The position numbers and the translations under genes were made by a program. A stretch of 61,558 nucleotides of DNA, the filler included, from Choristocarpus tenellus KU-1152 (lineage: Eukaryota; Protista; Phaeophyceae), in assembly GCA_964200185.2 (NCBI GenBank). It is 11 parts of 11 records of this genome, joined end to end, with 100 filler letters (N's around TTAATTAATTAA, not from the genome) between each part and the next. Parts side by side here need not be neighbours in the genome. Positions count along the whole stretch, not along the records: positions 35,809 to 44,065 come from CAXNAD020004927.1; positions 44,166 to 56,876 come from CAXNAD020001731.1; 9 more parts are not named here. One strand, written 5' to 3'. Positions within the stretch are counted from its first letter, which is position 1. Each line of letters opens with the position of its first letter. The notes beneath the pieces were generated by a model, which saw only the letters and a list, made by a program, of their open reading frames with translations, did no database searches and had not been told where the DNA came from. Shown piece by piece: positions 37,261 to 50,300 of this stretch.

Positions 37261-40200
37261 ACAGAAGGCATGTAAGCACAAAAAAGAAAAAAAAAACTTG
37301 AATCAGGAACTACAATGATACCAAAGTGCCAAAAGTATACACTAAAGTAACCCACAAACACACAAATGCACCTCCAGACAACTTCTCCAATCCATCTCAA
37401 GTTATCCAATCACCATCACCCCCATCCAATGCAGTGTATGAAGATAATAGCATATTACATTGCTTCCTATACTGTAATATGCACAAAATACTCTTACCGA
37501 CTTCCAAGCTACAAAAAACTCCTCTCTCACCTCTAATTCCTTGTCATCACCTCCACCTCCAACATCACTAGCATCTCCAAAGTCCTGGTCATCATAGCTT
37601 CCTCCACCCCAATCCCCAGCACCCCCACCCCCATCATCTGAACTTGAGTCCCCATCATCAACACCACTCTGACTGTTTTGTTCCACCCTATCATGCGCCT
37701 GGACCTACACCCAATGAAGAGTCACCATCACCAGAGAGCAGGTGGCGAGGGTGTGTATTTTTCACTTACTATAACCATAGCCCAAGGATGAACTCCTACA
37801 GCCTCCTTAGATGTTGACAATAGACGAACAAACAGTAGCCATCACCCTCTCTTGTGAGCACTAATTAAAAAAAACAATAATTCATTCCCTACCCTCAAAC
37901 TCCCCACCCTCAAACTGAGCAACAGCTCACCTTGCGCATAGCATCCTTCAACACCAACAAAAGTCCATCATCACCCCTGCTTCCTTCATCACCAGCAGTC
38001 AAGCCATCCACTCCCCCCTTCTCCTTGCTTTTTTCCCCATTACCACTCTCATCCTCCCCCCCGACCTCTCTCCTGCTCACTTTCAAATGAGATCTTGTAG
38101 AAGCAGAGGCAGAAGCAGACACCTCTGCCACAGCACCATCCTCAACAACCCCATTGGACTCCACTACCTTGGCCTTACCCTTGCCCTTGCCCTTCCCTTT
38201 CCCCTTACGGCTGCTGCTTATCCCTGCACTTCCCAAAGGTGATTTCATAGCGGTGTCCAGAGCCTTTTCCATTGCCATAGGGCTGCTCACTTTATCTAAG
38301 GCCACTACAGGCGTCCGAGGATTCGGCAATGATGGCCTTGAACTCTCAACATCAGCATCTGGGACAACATTGTCGATGCCCTCTTCATCTGTGGATATAT
38401 CATCCCTCGATGGTGCCAGTGATATACACTCTGACAACTGTTTGAGGAGGTCAGAACATACACACACAGACACACATGTGGATGCAGAAATCATGGGTGT
38501 GGGGAAGGAAGAGGGGGATTGACTGGCATGAGATCATTGCATTAGAGGATCTACTTGCTTATCCGTGATAATGACTCTGTTCCATCCTATAGTACTGACA
38601 AAAGCATTTTTCAGAGAAATAACAAAGTCTAAAAAAATTGTCAAGACCCTGCAAATGGAAGAGGGATCAAAACACACCTTATTTAGGAAGGTTGCACACC
38701 TTGGACAACATAACACTCAACAATTTGAGCTATGACCAGAGCAGTCAACGCAAGAACACACCCAACATATGTTACGCCTATGTCTCATAACAGTCCAATC
38801 TAATACGCATCTAATAACACTCAAGTCCAAAACATCACCTGTGCTATCCAAAACATTGAGCAGATGCTACACAAAGTGCTTTAACGTTATGCTGTGAAAG
38901 TACAGTGTTCTCCACAGTATGATGGAAGGAGCTGCTAGGGTGGTTTTCAAGGCGGTCAAACCACAGTATCCAGTCTCCAAAAAAAATAGCAATCGAGTTG
39001 AACAGATGGCAAAAAATATTAACACCACTTGGATAAGCCCCACACTAATTGAGCTTCCTTACCATGACATGGAATTGAGACTTACAGATCATCAAACACT
39101 CCATTAGTTGGACATACTCCAACAGATCACTACGCAATACACAACAGGCTTTGTTGGCTATGAAGAAGTAACCCAGTTGCCAAGCTATCTACCTAAACTT
39201 CAAGAAATTCAATGAGACCAGGAAATGCAGAACTACATTTTCTTCAGGTGCCTAACCCCAAATCTAACTCAAAATGTAACATGCTACAAATGTCATCCTC
39301 ATTTCCAGCTTTTGCTTTAGGTGTTCCAAGTTTCAATCTCTTGCCTGATACCAATAAGAACAAATCGAGTGTGCCAAACAAGCTTGGTGAAGCATGAGAT
39401 CCCCTCCAAAAAACATCTAAAACTCCCCCCTCACCCCGGACTTTCTCAAAAACATTTTTTTTTCACACTTTATCAAAGTATTGTTGAGGGTGAAAGAATA
39501 CAACAGGGTGTCATGCAAAAATTCCATGTGTGTGGAGGGGTGTGTGCTATGATTGGTCAACCAGTAAGCATCCTAACGATGTACAATGTGGCTGTTACAC
39601 TGCTGAAACATCAGTGAAACATATTGTCTTGCTGTGAAAACTCAGTGATCTCACACCAAATCTGTCGACAAAAATCCCTTACAATATCTATACAAGCACC
39701 ATGAGACCACTTCTGGAGAAATTCGGTATCCTCCATTCTTCAGATGTAACTAATTTGCTGATTCACAAAGCTAAACAACACTAGCATCAGTCAGGAAATA
39801 GAATAGAACCAAATGTAAGGCTACATAAAGAATCCAATATTTTCTCATACTCTTTTAGTGTTCATGTAACGGTCTACGGATATATCATATTCATCACACT
39901 CAACATTGTAGCAATCAAATTAAAAAATAGTACAGATATTTATATAAGATCAAACAAAATTTCTGTTTCACCAGTCTCCTCCTCAATCTCACTCAAGCAC
40001 AAATGCCAAGACTCAATGCAACCACTAACACCCCATAACATAAAACATACTGACCTGCTGCTTAGATGTCCCATCAACCAATCAAGTGATATGGTGGGTA
40101 ATGCTGCTAGCATCAATACCAATTCCAAACCCAATCCAAAACACAGTCAAACAGATTCCTAGCAACCTCCATAAGGACAGTCAAAGCTCCCCAAGATACA

Positions 40201-41998
40201 CAATCCACTTATTTCCCCCCCCAATTCACATCCCCTCTCTGTAACACGTGCCATACCGATGCTTACCCTAGCTGGCGGAAAGTCCAATCGCTTTGACACG
40301 TTAGCCCCTAATTCACCGCTCCCATCCTCCTCCTCTCCATCCTCATCCTCACCCCCACCTCCTTGGCCACCCATGCTTCCCCGCCCCGCCCAAAGCCCTG
40401 CACTGGAGACAGCACTTATTGGTGAGTCTGCTGCCACCAATGAACCAGGAGTTGACTTCTGTGCTGTCCCAGGTGTGGAAATTGCATTCTCTGAAGCGGT
40501 GGCTGGTGGGAGAACCGGGGGGCGGAGGGTTAACGGGATGGAGACTAATCAAACAACAAAAACACACAGATTAGACCATTAACACTACAGGAGGTGGGGT
40601 AAGGTTTATTTAAACAACACGCTTGATCAAAGAGGCTGGAAAGAAAAGGATTGACAGCAAAGAAACAAAAGGCGTTATTGACCAAATGTGCAAAATCAGG
40701 TTGAAAGAGAAGATGGAATTTGACAACAAGAACCACATTCAAAACACATCTGCACATCGATTACTTCAATTGTATAACCAAGAAGGCAAGCATTGCCTTG
40801 TTGCCACCATCCCATCATCAACACACAATTTAAATCCTCCAACGAGAACATGAGACCTACCCTTCACCTCTCTTCACCACACCATGGTAACATCAGCAGG
40901 AAAGGAGAGTCAAACTAATTTTAGATTTATCTTTATGACCCCAATCATCCTACTCACGCACTTTCTACTCCTGAAAACCCTCATAGACAGCTTACCCTCT
41001 TATTGTACACCAAGTCATATGTTTGCTCACTCCCCTCCCTTTCTACGCCCTCCCGGCAGCTTCAACAACCATAGCACAAAAAAAGTCCTTTGCAAAACCA
41101 ATGAAACTGATTTCTACTTGAAATAATAAAGAGTGCCCACACAAAACAAAAATATACAAGATCATAATCTCCAATAATAAGGCATACAAATAGATAGCTA
41201 AATTGACATAAACTTAAGGAAGGAGTAGCCATCAGACTCTACACTCACGTAGTACTATGTAGTATTAATAGAGTAGTACTACATCATGTTAAGCTCGATT
41301 GAAGGACTTGGAGCAAGGAGGCGGCTTCGGTGAGGATAGCAAGGAGCCTTCTATCTCTCTCTAGCTAAGCTTACCCAGCTCTGCAGATGCCCAGAATGAG
41401 TCAATGTTGTCAAGGCCATCACTATCCTTCGCAACCTGCCTCCCATCAATGACGAGTCCTGTCCGCCGCCCCTTGAGTAGGTAGGTAGTTCCTTGTGAAG
41501 TCTTGGTCTTGAGAAAAGGTCAAACACAGCACGGCCAATTCAGATATAGGAATTTCAGTTGATAAATGACATTTTTAAAGGGCAAGACGGGGGATGGGAG
41601 GAGGTGAACGGATGGAGGCAGCTGGGCCAAAAGGCAAACTGGGCAAAAACATGTGGTGGTAGGTTGGTTACAAGTGGCATGCGAGCCTTGGGTTGGGTGG
41701 ATTTCGATCATTGAGGGCCACTTGCTTCAAAAGCATGTATGGAAAGTAAGCCACATGGGACACACATCTTACTGATACCCTTCCCTTATTCTTCTGATCC
41801 TAAACCCCCAGACAAACGATTCAGGATGATAAATTTGGTACGCTGAAAGATATAACTGTATATTGGAAATGCTTTGTAGACAAAGCATACCTTAACGGTT
41901 TTTGCGTACTGGTTGAGCCTAGCGAGATTTACACCAAGACCCACCACCCCTTCTCCAGTTCCGCCTCCACGGTGGCGACCCCCGCCGATACGAGGCAT
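35809..41998 (-). CDS. CENPC: CENP-C/Mif2 kinetochore protein, 5' part; exons 41998-41891, 41471-41375, 40502-40267, 38437-37931, 37704-37531 (or 37498), 36716-35809 (3' partial)
   Basis: Phase-compatible GT-AG chain from ATG 41998. Exon 2 encodes GRRTGLVIDGRQVAKDSDGLDNIDSFW, matching the Mif2_N motif (GR(K/R)TG...(K/R)DxxGxxxxDxF). A long disordered S/P/K/R-rich region follows. The CENP-C motif and cupin domain lie beyond the contig end and were not seen. Confidence 0.7.
36000..36272 (-). repeat. Coding 21-bp tandem repeat, about 13 units, encoding S(K/N)D(R/Q)SP(R/K)
   Basis: GACCTGGGAGA(T/C)CGGTCCTTT units on the + strand; in-frame in the CENP-C exon. Confidence 0.95.
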
Positions 41999-43158
41999 CT
42001 GCACCCACGTTTTTGGAATGAGCAGCATGAAGGGGGCGCAAAGATACAGTGGAAATGGGTGATGCAGGAGAAGGAGGGGGGCGGGGGGTGGGCATGTTAA
42101 GGCAACGAGTTGAATTCCTGTTTGCACGTTCAACAACGATCTTGGCCCGAGTTGGGAAAGCAATTAGCTTCTTGCGGAGTAGTAAATTCAGTGTATAGTC
42201 CTCGGCCGGGAAATATGGTTGATTTCTTGTGGGGTGGTGACATCGGTTCCACAATATTTGCAACTACGGATGCAATGAGAGAAATGGCAAAATTTGGCGT
42301 TGGTCACACTTCATAATCAGGTGCGAGCAGTAGGGAGCGTAGGGGTTGCCCTCAATCATGTAAGTACGCAAAATTTACCATACTGCTAGTGATAAGTCAT
42401 TACTATTGCAGAATTTAAACCCAGTCAACCTGTAACAATGAGAATCGGACTAGATGTGGTCACCGTATGGAGAGTCACAAGTGTACCTAAATTGCCAAGA
42501 TCAAGACAACGTCACAGCTCACCATGAAGTACGTTACATAGCACCATCAGATCAACGATATGTATCAATCAGATTCCATCTATGTGCCTTCTGCTACATG
42601 TACACTTCTTCTTCTCACCGCGGCCATGATGGCCTCCATCGCAACAGATACTGTGGTCTATCAGCGAATGTCCACAAATATGATTTGCAGATCAAGAAAT
42701 CCCCCCACCCCCACCCCCCGGCGCACGTGCTGGGAGGGACCTTGGATAGTCAAAGTTCGACTTCTATTATTCGACTGTTTGTCGAATCACCCAGTTTTTT
42801 TTCGTGCCTCAGCTCCCACCTCCCTCTCAAGCCTCTTTGTTTTGGACTTTAGTGTTGATGGTTCAAATCAAAAAACTCAAACGGGAAAATTCGCGCGATG
42901 TTGTACGCTCGCGCTTGGAAAAAGAGAAAAAATATTATCTTTAAACCACAATAAAACAAATCTCAGAAAAAAAAACTACACCACTCCCAAACACCAAACC
43001 AACATGTATGTAAAACAGATCAGGACCCCAGTCCGAAGATCACTCTAGGTAACACTCTCGATGACTCCATGGCCATTCTTTCATTGCTCATCATCCAGAG
43101 TTGAGTATCAAATAGCCTGCGCTTCGCCTCTTACTAGTACATGTTGCTTGCTCCCTAG

Positions 43159-43375
43159 GACACTGTGTTAAGTGGCAAACCTATACTGAAAAGTGTAATA
43201 GTACATGAGATATCCAGCACTACCAAGGTCACCAACCGTCCTGCATTTGCTGGAAAGTTGGGAAATGAGGACTTCTTTGCTTTTACGAGAGCTCAGGTGA
43301 CTCTAGGCGCATATAACTACAGCCTTGGCCTCCATGACCTGGATATTATGTCTTGTGGGGACTCCATTTTGGATG
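43159..43375 (+). CDS. Unidentified exon, divergent from CENP-C
   Basis: CCCTAG acceptor, open frame DTVLSGKPILKSVIVHEISS...SILDG, GTGAGA donor; no family recognised. Confidence 0.3.
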
Positions 43376-43974
43376 GTGAGAACGTGGAATCAAGGCAGAC
43401 ACCTCCAGCTACGAGTGCGCGTATTTCAGAGGCGATTGAGGCAAGTGCAACAGCAAGATCCGTGCCAAGTTCAACGGACACCACATCAGGAAGTACCCAA
43501 GCAGTCACACAAAGAACTGAAGGTGGGGGGTTGATCAGCTCAAAAAAGTTGTGAGATCCAAGAACCCAATCAAGATACGTTCGACTAAAGAGTCAGTGGA
43601 TGATGTGCGTTAATCTCCATTATTGTCATAGCATTTCTTAATGCAAGTCTAATCAGCCATAAAGTAACATGATCCACTGCACTGTATAGTGCAACCAGCA
43701 GCTCTGAGCGCTACACAGAATCTAATTGGTACTTTCCTTGAAAATAGTATAATTTGATTTGAGACTTTAGCCTTCCATGTCATACAATTCATTGCATTGT
43801 TCGTGTATTGTTCTGGAGGATCTCCGTGCTGGACATAAGGGTAAGCCCTTGACACATGTTGGACAACAAATGGTTCAGTTCAGAAGTTTCATGAGAGTAC
43901 TAGTCATAGGAGGTCGTCCTGTATGACCCTTGTCACGTATTTTATACTTGATACAACCTTTTGGGTTACGCAAA

Positions 43975-44065
43975 GGGTCAAGTATCTGGGGGGGGGGGTG
44001 CCGGCGTCCGTCTTTCACCCTGGATCAAAGTACCTGGGGGGGGGGGGGGTTGTCCATTTGGAGCT
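43975..44065. mobile_element. Two consecutive MITE type B left termini at contig end
   Basis: GGGTCAAGTATCT-poly G followed by GGATCAAAGTACCT-poly G-TGTCCATTTGG. Confidence 0.7.
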
Positions 44066-44316
44066 NNNNNNNNNNNNNNNNNNNNNNNNNNNNNNNNNNN
44101 NNNNNNNNNTTAATTAATTAANNNNNNNNNNNNNNNNNNNNNNNNNNNNNNNNNNNNNNNNNNNNAATTGCCCAACTTGTCCTTGTACCAGGCGAGTGCT
44201 GGTATTGGTTGGCATATTGATGTGATCACCCCCCCCCCCTCTCTCCCCTGTTGTCTCTTGATACAAATGGCACCGGCTATCTCCCCTCTGGTCTGATTGA
44301 TGCTACCTCCACACAG

Positions 44317-47300
44317 GGTATGGCTACGAGAGCTACAGCAACTGCCCACTAGAATTTGCAGGGATTGGCAATATACATGTACGTCAAAGTACATCACTCT
44401 TGTTTCACATGTTGTATACAGGGTACTGTTTTTTCTTAAGGGGGGGGAGGGGGGGGATTGTAAAAGACCCCCCTGGCCAGGTCAGGGTGCAAGAGTCTAG
44501 TGAACATGGAGATGTTTCTTACCCTCTGGGTTTTATAAAATATGTGGTTACTTGCATCATCTCTTTTATAATGCTTTTTTTCCCTAGGGAATGTAGTTTT
44601 CATCAGGTTTGCATGCTTTCGCTGCTCTATAAAAAAAATGAGACAAGTGAGACCCCACAACAGATGCACATAAAAAAAAAAGAAGCCATGATCACTAGAT
44701 ACAACCACAATCCAACTCCTAATCCAAACTAATAATAANNNNNNNNNNCCCACAAAAAATGCACATAAAAAAAAATGATTCCATTATCCCCCCCCCCCCC
44801 ACCCCCCTCACAAAGAAGGAAGGTGAAAAAGGGAAGGGCGGTCACCCCGGTTCCTGATAATTGTGTGCAGTGTTGGCAGTGGTTGTCTTAAGTCTTAACA
44901 TCATTCCTTGTACAGGACAAATGCCAAAAAAGAACCTTTTCTGTGCTTGGCACAGCAACATAAGAAAAAGAAAGAGTGCGGTGCATGTTTTACAGGTGCT
45001 TTTTTTTCCCCCCGCTTTGTTCACATGACCGCCTTTCTGATAAACCTGTAGCTGTTGCATGCTTATTTTGACAAATCANNNNNNTTTTTCCCCCCCGTTT
45101 GTACAAATGACCTCCCCCCCCCCCCTCTCGGTCGTATCTCATTCGATGACAGTAACGCCTATTTGACTTTTAACAACAAAATGCCTCGAAGAATACTAGC
45201 TTAGGGTTCCCTCTGGAGGCTTGCGTCTTGAAGTTCATTAGCAGTACTGTGGACCAATTGTGTATTTCACCTCAAGACACTGAAGAGACCCTGTGTGTGA
45301 AGTTCCCATTTAATACCTACCAGCCTTGAGGTATGGTAAGTCCCCCCGAGGTGTTGGATGAGTGTAAACCCAACACATGACACAACTCAAGAGGACACAT
45401 GATAAAAAAAAATTCCATGAGTTGTGGACTGAGCAGCCTGTATGTGGGAATACTGCTGTCACTGATGCTACATTGCACAGTATGTATAGTTCTCTTACAG
45501 TATATATAGTTACAGTTATGTTAACATTATAGTTGCAGGGCTTGTGACATTGTTGTGCTTCTGATGTCTGATGGTGCCTTGCCACGGTGCTGTATTGCTG
45601 AAGGCATTGCGCTGTACCATTGATATTTTTTTCTCATGTTTTTTATTTTTTATTTTACCAAAGTAGCGACCGGTTTATTTATGCCCCTGTGTTTGACTCA
45701 CTTTTGGCCTTGCGCGTTCTTGACTTGACTCACTTTTGTCTGAAGGATGAGGATAAGGATATCCCCTTTGTTGTTGATGATGCTGGGTGTGTCTGTCCCT
45801 CCTCACCGCCGATGCCCTTCAGGTGATGCGTGAGAGCATGGGGAGACTGGAAGCATTATGCACGTCCTCTTCAACGAGGGATCAGGAATGGCAAGCTCAG
45901 GTCGAGGACACCAAGTGAGAACTAATCCTGTGAATAGAATGAGATCAGCATTTGTGTACAACAATTTGGATGTCTATTCACTGTTGTTCACTTTGATGGT
46001 AAATTATGGTATTGTGTGTGTTGTTTTTAAAAGTGCCCAGGATGTGTGATAAATCACTCACACTATTGCTACCCCTGCCAACTCTCTCAGAATATTTTTT
46101 CATTTTGAAAGTAGTGCTGTAGATCAGCGCTCCAGGGTTTCCACCAGAAAAGTAAAAGATGGCGTTATTATATTATAGAATGTGTAACTTCAGTGTGTTA
46201 ACTTTCCTCTCTAGTCTCGAGTGCTAACATGCTTTTTTATCCACTGTATAGTGTGTAACTGTGTCACTCTCTTGACTCTCATTGTGTACATGCTCTATCT
46301 ATTATGGGTATGTGTGAAAGGTGGCTGTATCACATACGGAATGTCCTGTTTGCTGCGTGGGATGTGGCCTCCAAAGCACACCACCAACGATCCCCTGTGC
46401 TGGTCCACTGCAGTCATGGTTGGGATAGGACTTCACAGGTATCTTCGCCTGTTGCCTCAGAACTCCAGGATGATTAGTTAGGTTTTTGAGTCAATGTCAT
46501 ACTGTGTAACGGTTCATGACAATGCTAACCTCTTTGTTACTCACCACAATCCTGGTCTCATCAATGAATATTGAACATTGAACCACCTCCAAGGACTAAA
46601 GAAAGGTGCTGATAAGTGTCCATGTTCTTGTGGCAGTGACATGTGATCCCCTGGTATTCCTTGGCATTGGTCTTGTTCTCATATCGTAGGTGTGTTCCTT
46701 GGCACAGCTGTTCTTGGACCCCTTCTACAGAACAATGGATGGGTTTCAGGTGAGCTGCATGGTAAGATTGAGAGCGACAATGAGAGCATCAGTGTGATCA
46801 GTGGTTCTTGTGTGTCCTTGAGCACTGCTTGCCTTGTGCTATACATTCTAAATTTCAAATAATATGCAATCCCAACCAAGCCTTAGAGTAAGCCTTGTAG
46901 TTAAGCCCTATACCAACCTAATAATAAGCCTTATAGTAGGCCTTGTAGCTAAGCCTTAAAGTTCAGCTGTATAGTTAAGCCTTATAGTAAACCTTCTTCT
47001 GAAACTCTTTTGAGTGTAGTTTATGGTGTTCATATCAAGATTTGGCATTGACAATCTCAGGTTACAAAAATATTGGTTGTGGTGTTAGAGTCTCCTTGAG
47101 GTGACGTTGGTCTCTCTCTGTTTAGTGAGATACTTCCCTATTGATAGGTAGAGGGTACATTCTCCCATCACAATTTGCATGTGAAGGACATGAAGTAATA
47201 GTCGTGTTATATTCTAAAGTGATTTACTACACATCATTGATGCTAGACAGCTGAAAGGGCTTGATTTAACAAAAGCAATTGGAGTGGACTTTTGAAAGTG

Positions 47301-50300
47301 GCATAACATCTATGTACAAGACAAGACTGCTTACGAGGCTATTGAATGAGACATAAAATGTGTTGTTCATTGTTGGTGCAAAGCGAAAGCCATACTTCCA
47401 GTAATACTGTGGACTGAAGTACTTCAAGCAATTTAAAACAGGACTGAGGAAAAAAACAAACAGGAAGTGATGGGTGATTTGACCTGCCGTGTAAAATTTA
47501 AATTTGTGACTCAGTTGAGGTGGTCGCTGTTAATCCATGCACTGTAGAGGGTGCTCTATGGAGTACAAGGATAGCAGGGCATCCTCTATGTTTTTAGCAC
47601 CAAGACTCCTGTGGTGGTACTTGATGGTACTTGGTGATACTTGTTGGTGGGTCCTATGGTACTCTAGTTGGTTGTCCTGTTAAGTCGTGTTTCATGCACC
47701 ATAGCGATAAGGGTTGCGTTTTGCGCCCCTTTGCATTTGTGTGTATTTTAAAGTCCTAAGGGGTGAAGATGTTTCTGTGCACACAACAGGGATGAATAAC
47801 AAACACCACATCGTATTTCCGCAGGATGACCACTGAATCATGCCTTCCAAGTGAAGCCAGCAAACTTTTTTTCTTCTTTTTGATATTGGCTGGACTGTTA
47901 TGCTTGCGAAATCACATCTTTCCAATGGTCAAAATGGTTTGATGAACTCCATCTGTGGGATGTTTCTGGGCATTCCTATACTCTAATTGTAAGTGATTTT
48001 ATGATGCTACCAGAAGAAAAATGAAAATTTATAAAATGTATAGTGTAGTATAGTATAGTGCAGTGCAGTGTAGTATAATATAGTATTGTATAGTACAGTA
48101 CAGTACAGTATAGTGTAGTATATATATGTTCTTTTGCTTTGTTATATACAATGAACAGAGAAGGAAGAAATGCTTTAGCTCTGATCGGAACCCACCCCCA
48201 AAAAGTATTCCTTCCCCCACTTAATCGACAATGATGTGTATAATTGCATGTTGAAGGAGGTAATGCGGTCGATAATTCCATGCAAAATTGGGTGTTCTCA
48301 GATTGAGACCCTACTGCACTAGAGACATGTTAGAGACATGTTCAGCATCCTGGGTACTCCCACTAGAACCAGGCACTCTGAACAAGACCCTACATTCATG
48401 TTTTAGCAATAAAAAAAATACATTCATTCAGTGCATTCAGTGCATTCACTCAGTGAGAACAGATGAAGAAAATATAGCTGGTTAATGGAGTTAGGCACCC
48501 ACTGCATCCTCCCTGGTCTTGTTGTGTTTTGTGGGGGTACAATTAATAGTAATAATAATAGTAGATAGTAAATAGTGTATGTCAGCGATGCCGTTGTTCC
48601 TGCAATTTTCTTTCAAGTACATTGGCAGTCATTTGTGTTGTGGTTCATAGGTAGGGTGTGGTCAATTTGCCGTTTGCTGATCACTGGCCGTGTCCCTCAT
48701 TCTCAGGTACTGATAGAGAAGGACTGGCTGGCATTTGGACATCCATTCCAGTTGCGACATGCTCATGGACTCTCCAGAGGATACAATAATGCCTACAGTA
48801 CAGGAAAGGATGACCAACGCAGTCCAATTTTCCTCCAATTCCTGGACTGTGTGTGGCAGCTTGTGATGCAGATCCCCTCCTACTTCGAATTCAACCCAAG
48901 GCAAGTCCCAAGAGATATTTGGAAATAGTAGCTGTGGTACTATAGTAGGCTGTGGTGGAGCATCTTTGCATGGCAGGGCATAGATGTCTTGCTGCTAGAG
49001 AGTTTCTTGTCCCCAGTGGTCAGTAGAAGATGGTCAGTAGAAGATGAACAAGACCGAAGGGGGAGCATTGTTTCATGTTTTTTTAACGTCAGTTGATCTG
49101 TACAGGACAGCGAGTGGGTAGGTCAAATCCTTGAAACTTAAAGTGCTCTAATACTATTCATATTTTAAAATTCAAAATACTACAGTAGCAGGAAATGGCA
49201 GTGCATGCTAAACACACAACAGGACCGCACAGAAGAAGATAGCTGATTATCCCTCTCAATGGCATACTAATCTTCAATGATCTTCACGTGCTTTACCCTG
49301 ACCACTATACTATGATAACTCTTATGCCAAGGTCACACAAACCTAAGAGTTTATTTGTTTTTTTCTGTGAAATGTTTAGTGTAATATACACACTCCAGAG
49401 ATGTGCTAGGTATTTTTATTTTATTAGTCAGGTGTTATTCATGCACTTCTGATGACTTTTTTGAGTGTTTGACAGAACAGGTACGATTTATACCTCTTCT
49501 GGTTCTTCCTTATGTATATGTATGTATGTGCGTGTGTGTATGTATTGCAAGCTTGTGTGCTTGAGATATTTCACTAGGAATTCCAATGAGATCTACATGC
49601 AATATGTCAAAATGTCTGCAGCAACATGTCTGTACTTGAATAGCGCACCATTGCACTTTAAAGTACTCTCTCCTTTTATTTGTCATCTGTGGCAGGTACT
49701 TGCTCTGCATAGCCGACCACATATACAGCTGCCGCTTTGGGACACTCTTGTGCAACTCTAACAAGGTGAGAGTGTGTGTGCCAAGGTTATCTTTCCTCCC
49801 CCTTGTTACATTACACTCATGGGATACCTTTCAAGTCGGATGGCTCCTGCTCCAACTGCGCTCAATATCAATATATGTGTGGGCAGGAGAGACAAGACAA
49901 GAGACTCAAGGAGAGGTGCAGGAGCCTCTGGACCTATCTTGAGGTCCATCGCCCTTCCTTCCTCTCAGTCTTGTATCATCAGGTGAGAGTACCTGCATAC
50001 ATGTGCTTCAGTCCAACGGTGACTGGTACTACAATTGAAAACTAGTGGAAGGGTTTGGGTACTGAGTACTGCAGGTCATTGTTGGTAGGGCTGAAAACCA
50101 GAGAAGGACTGTTGTACTCCTTGAATATATCGATGCATTTACAAGAGAATATTTTGCATTATTTTCCACGAGGGCATGGACTATTCCTGTATAGTACACC
50201 ATCAACCCAGTAGTTGACATCCAAATGTTTTGGACTTGATAGAACTCAATTGGCAGTGTGACCAGATAAGTGCACTACTTTTTTTTTAACTGCCTTGAGG

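Noticed and set aside
42573-42700. Ribosomal protein S29-like or zinc-finger peptide (…RYCGLSANVHKYDLQI)
   Set aside because: It lacks the CxxC...CRQC cysteine pattern; the similarity is superficial.
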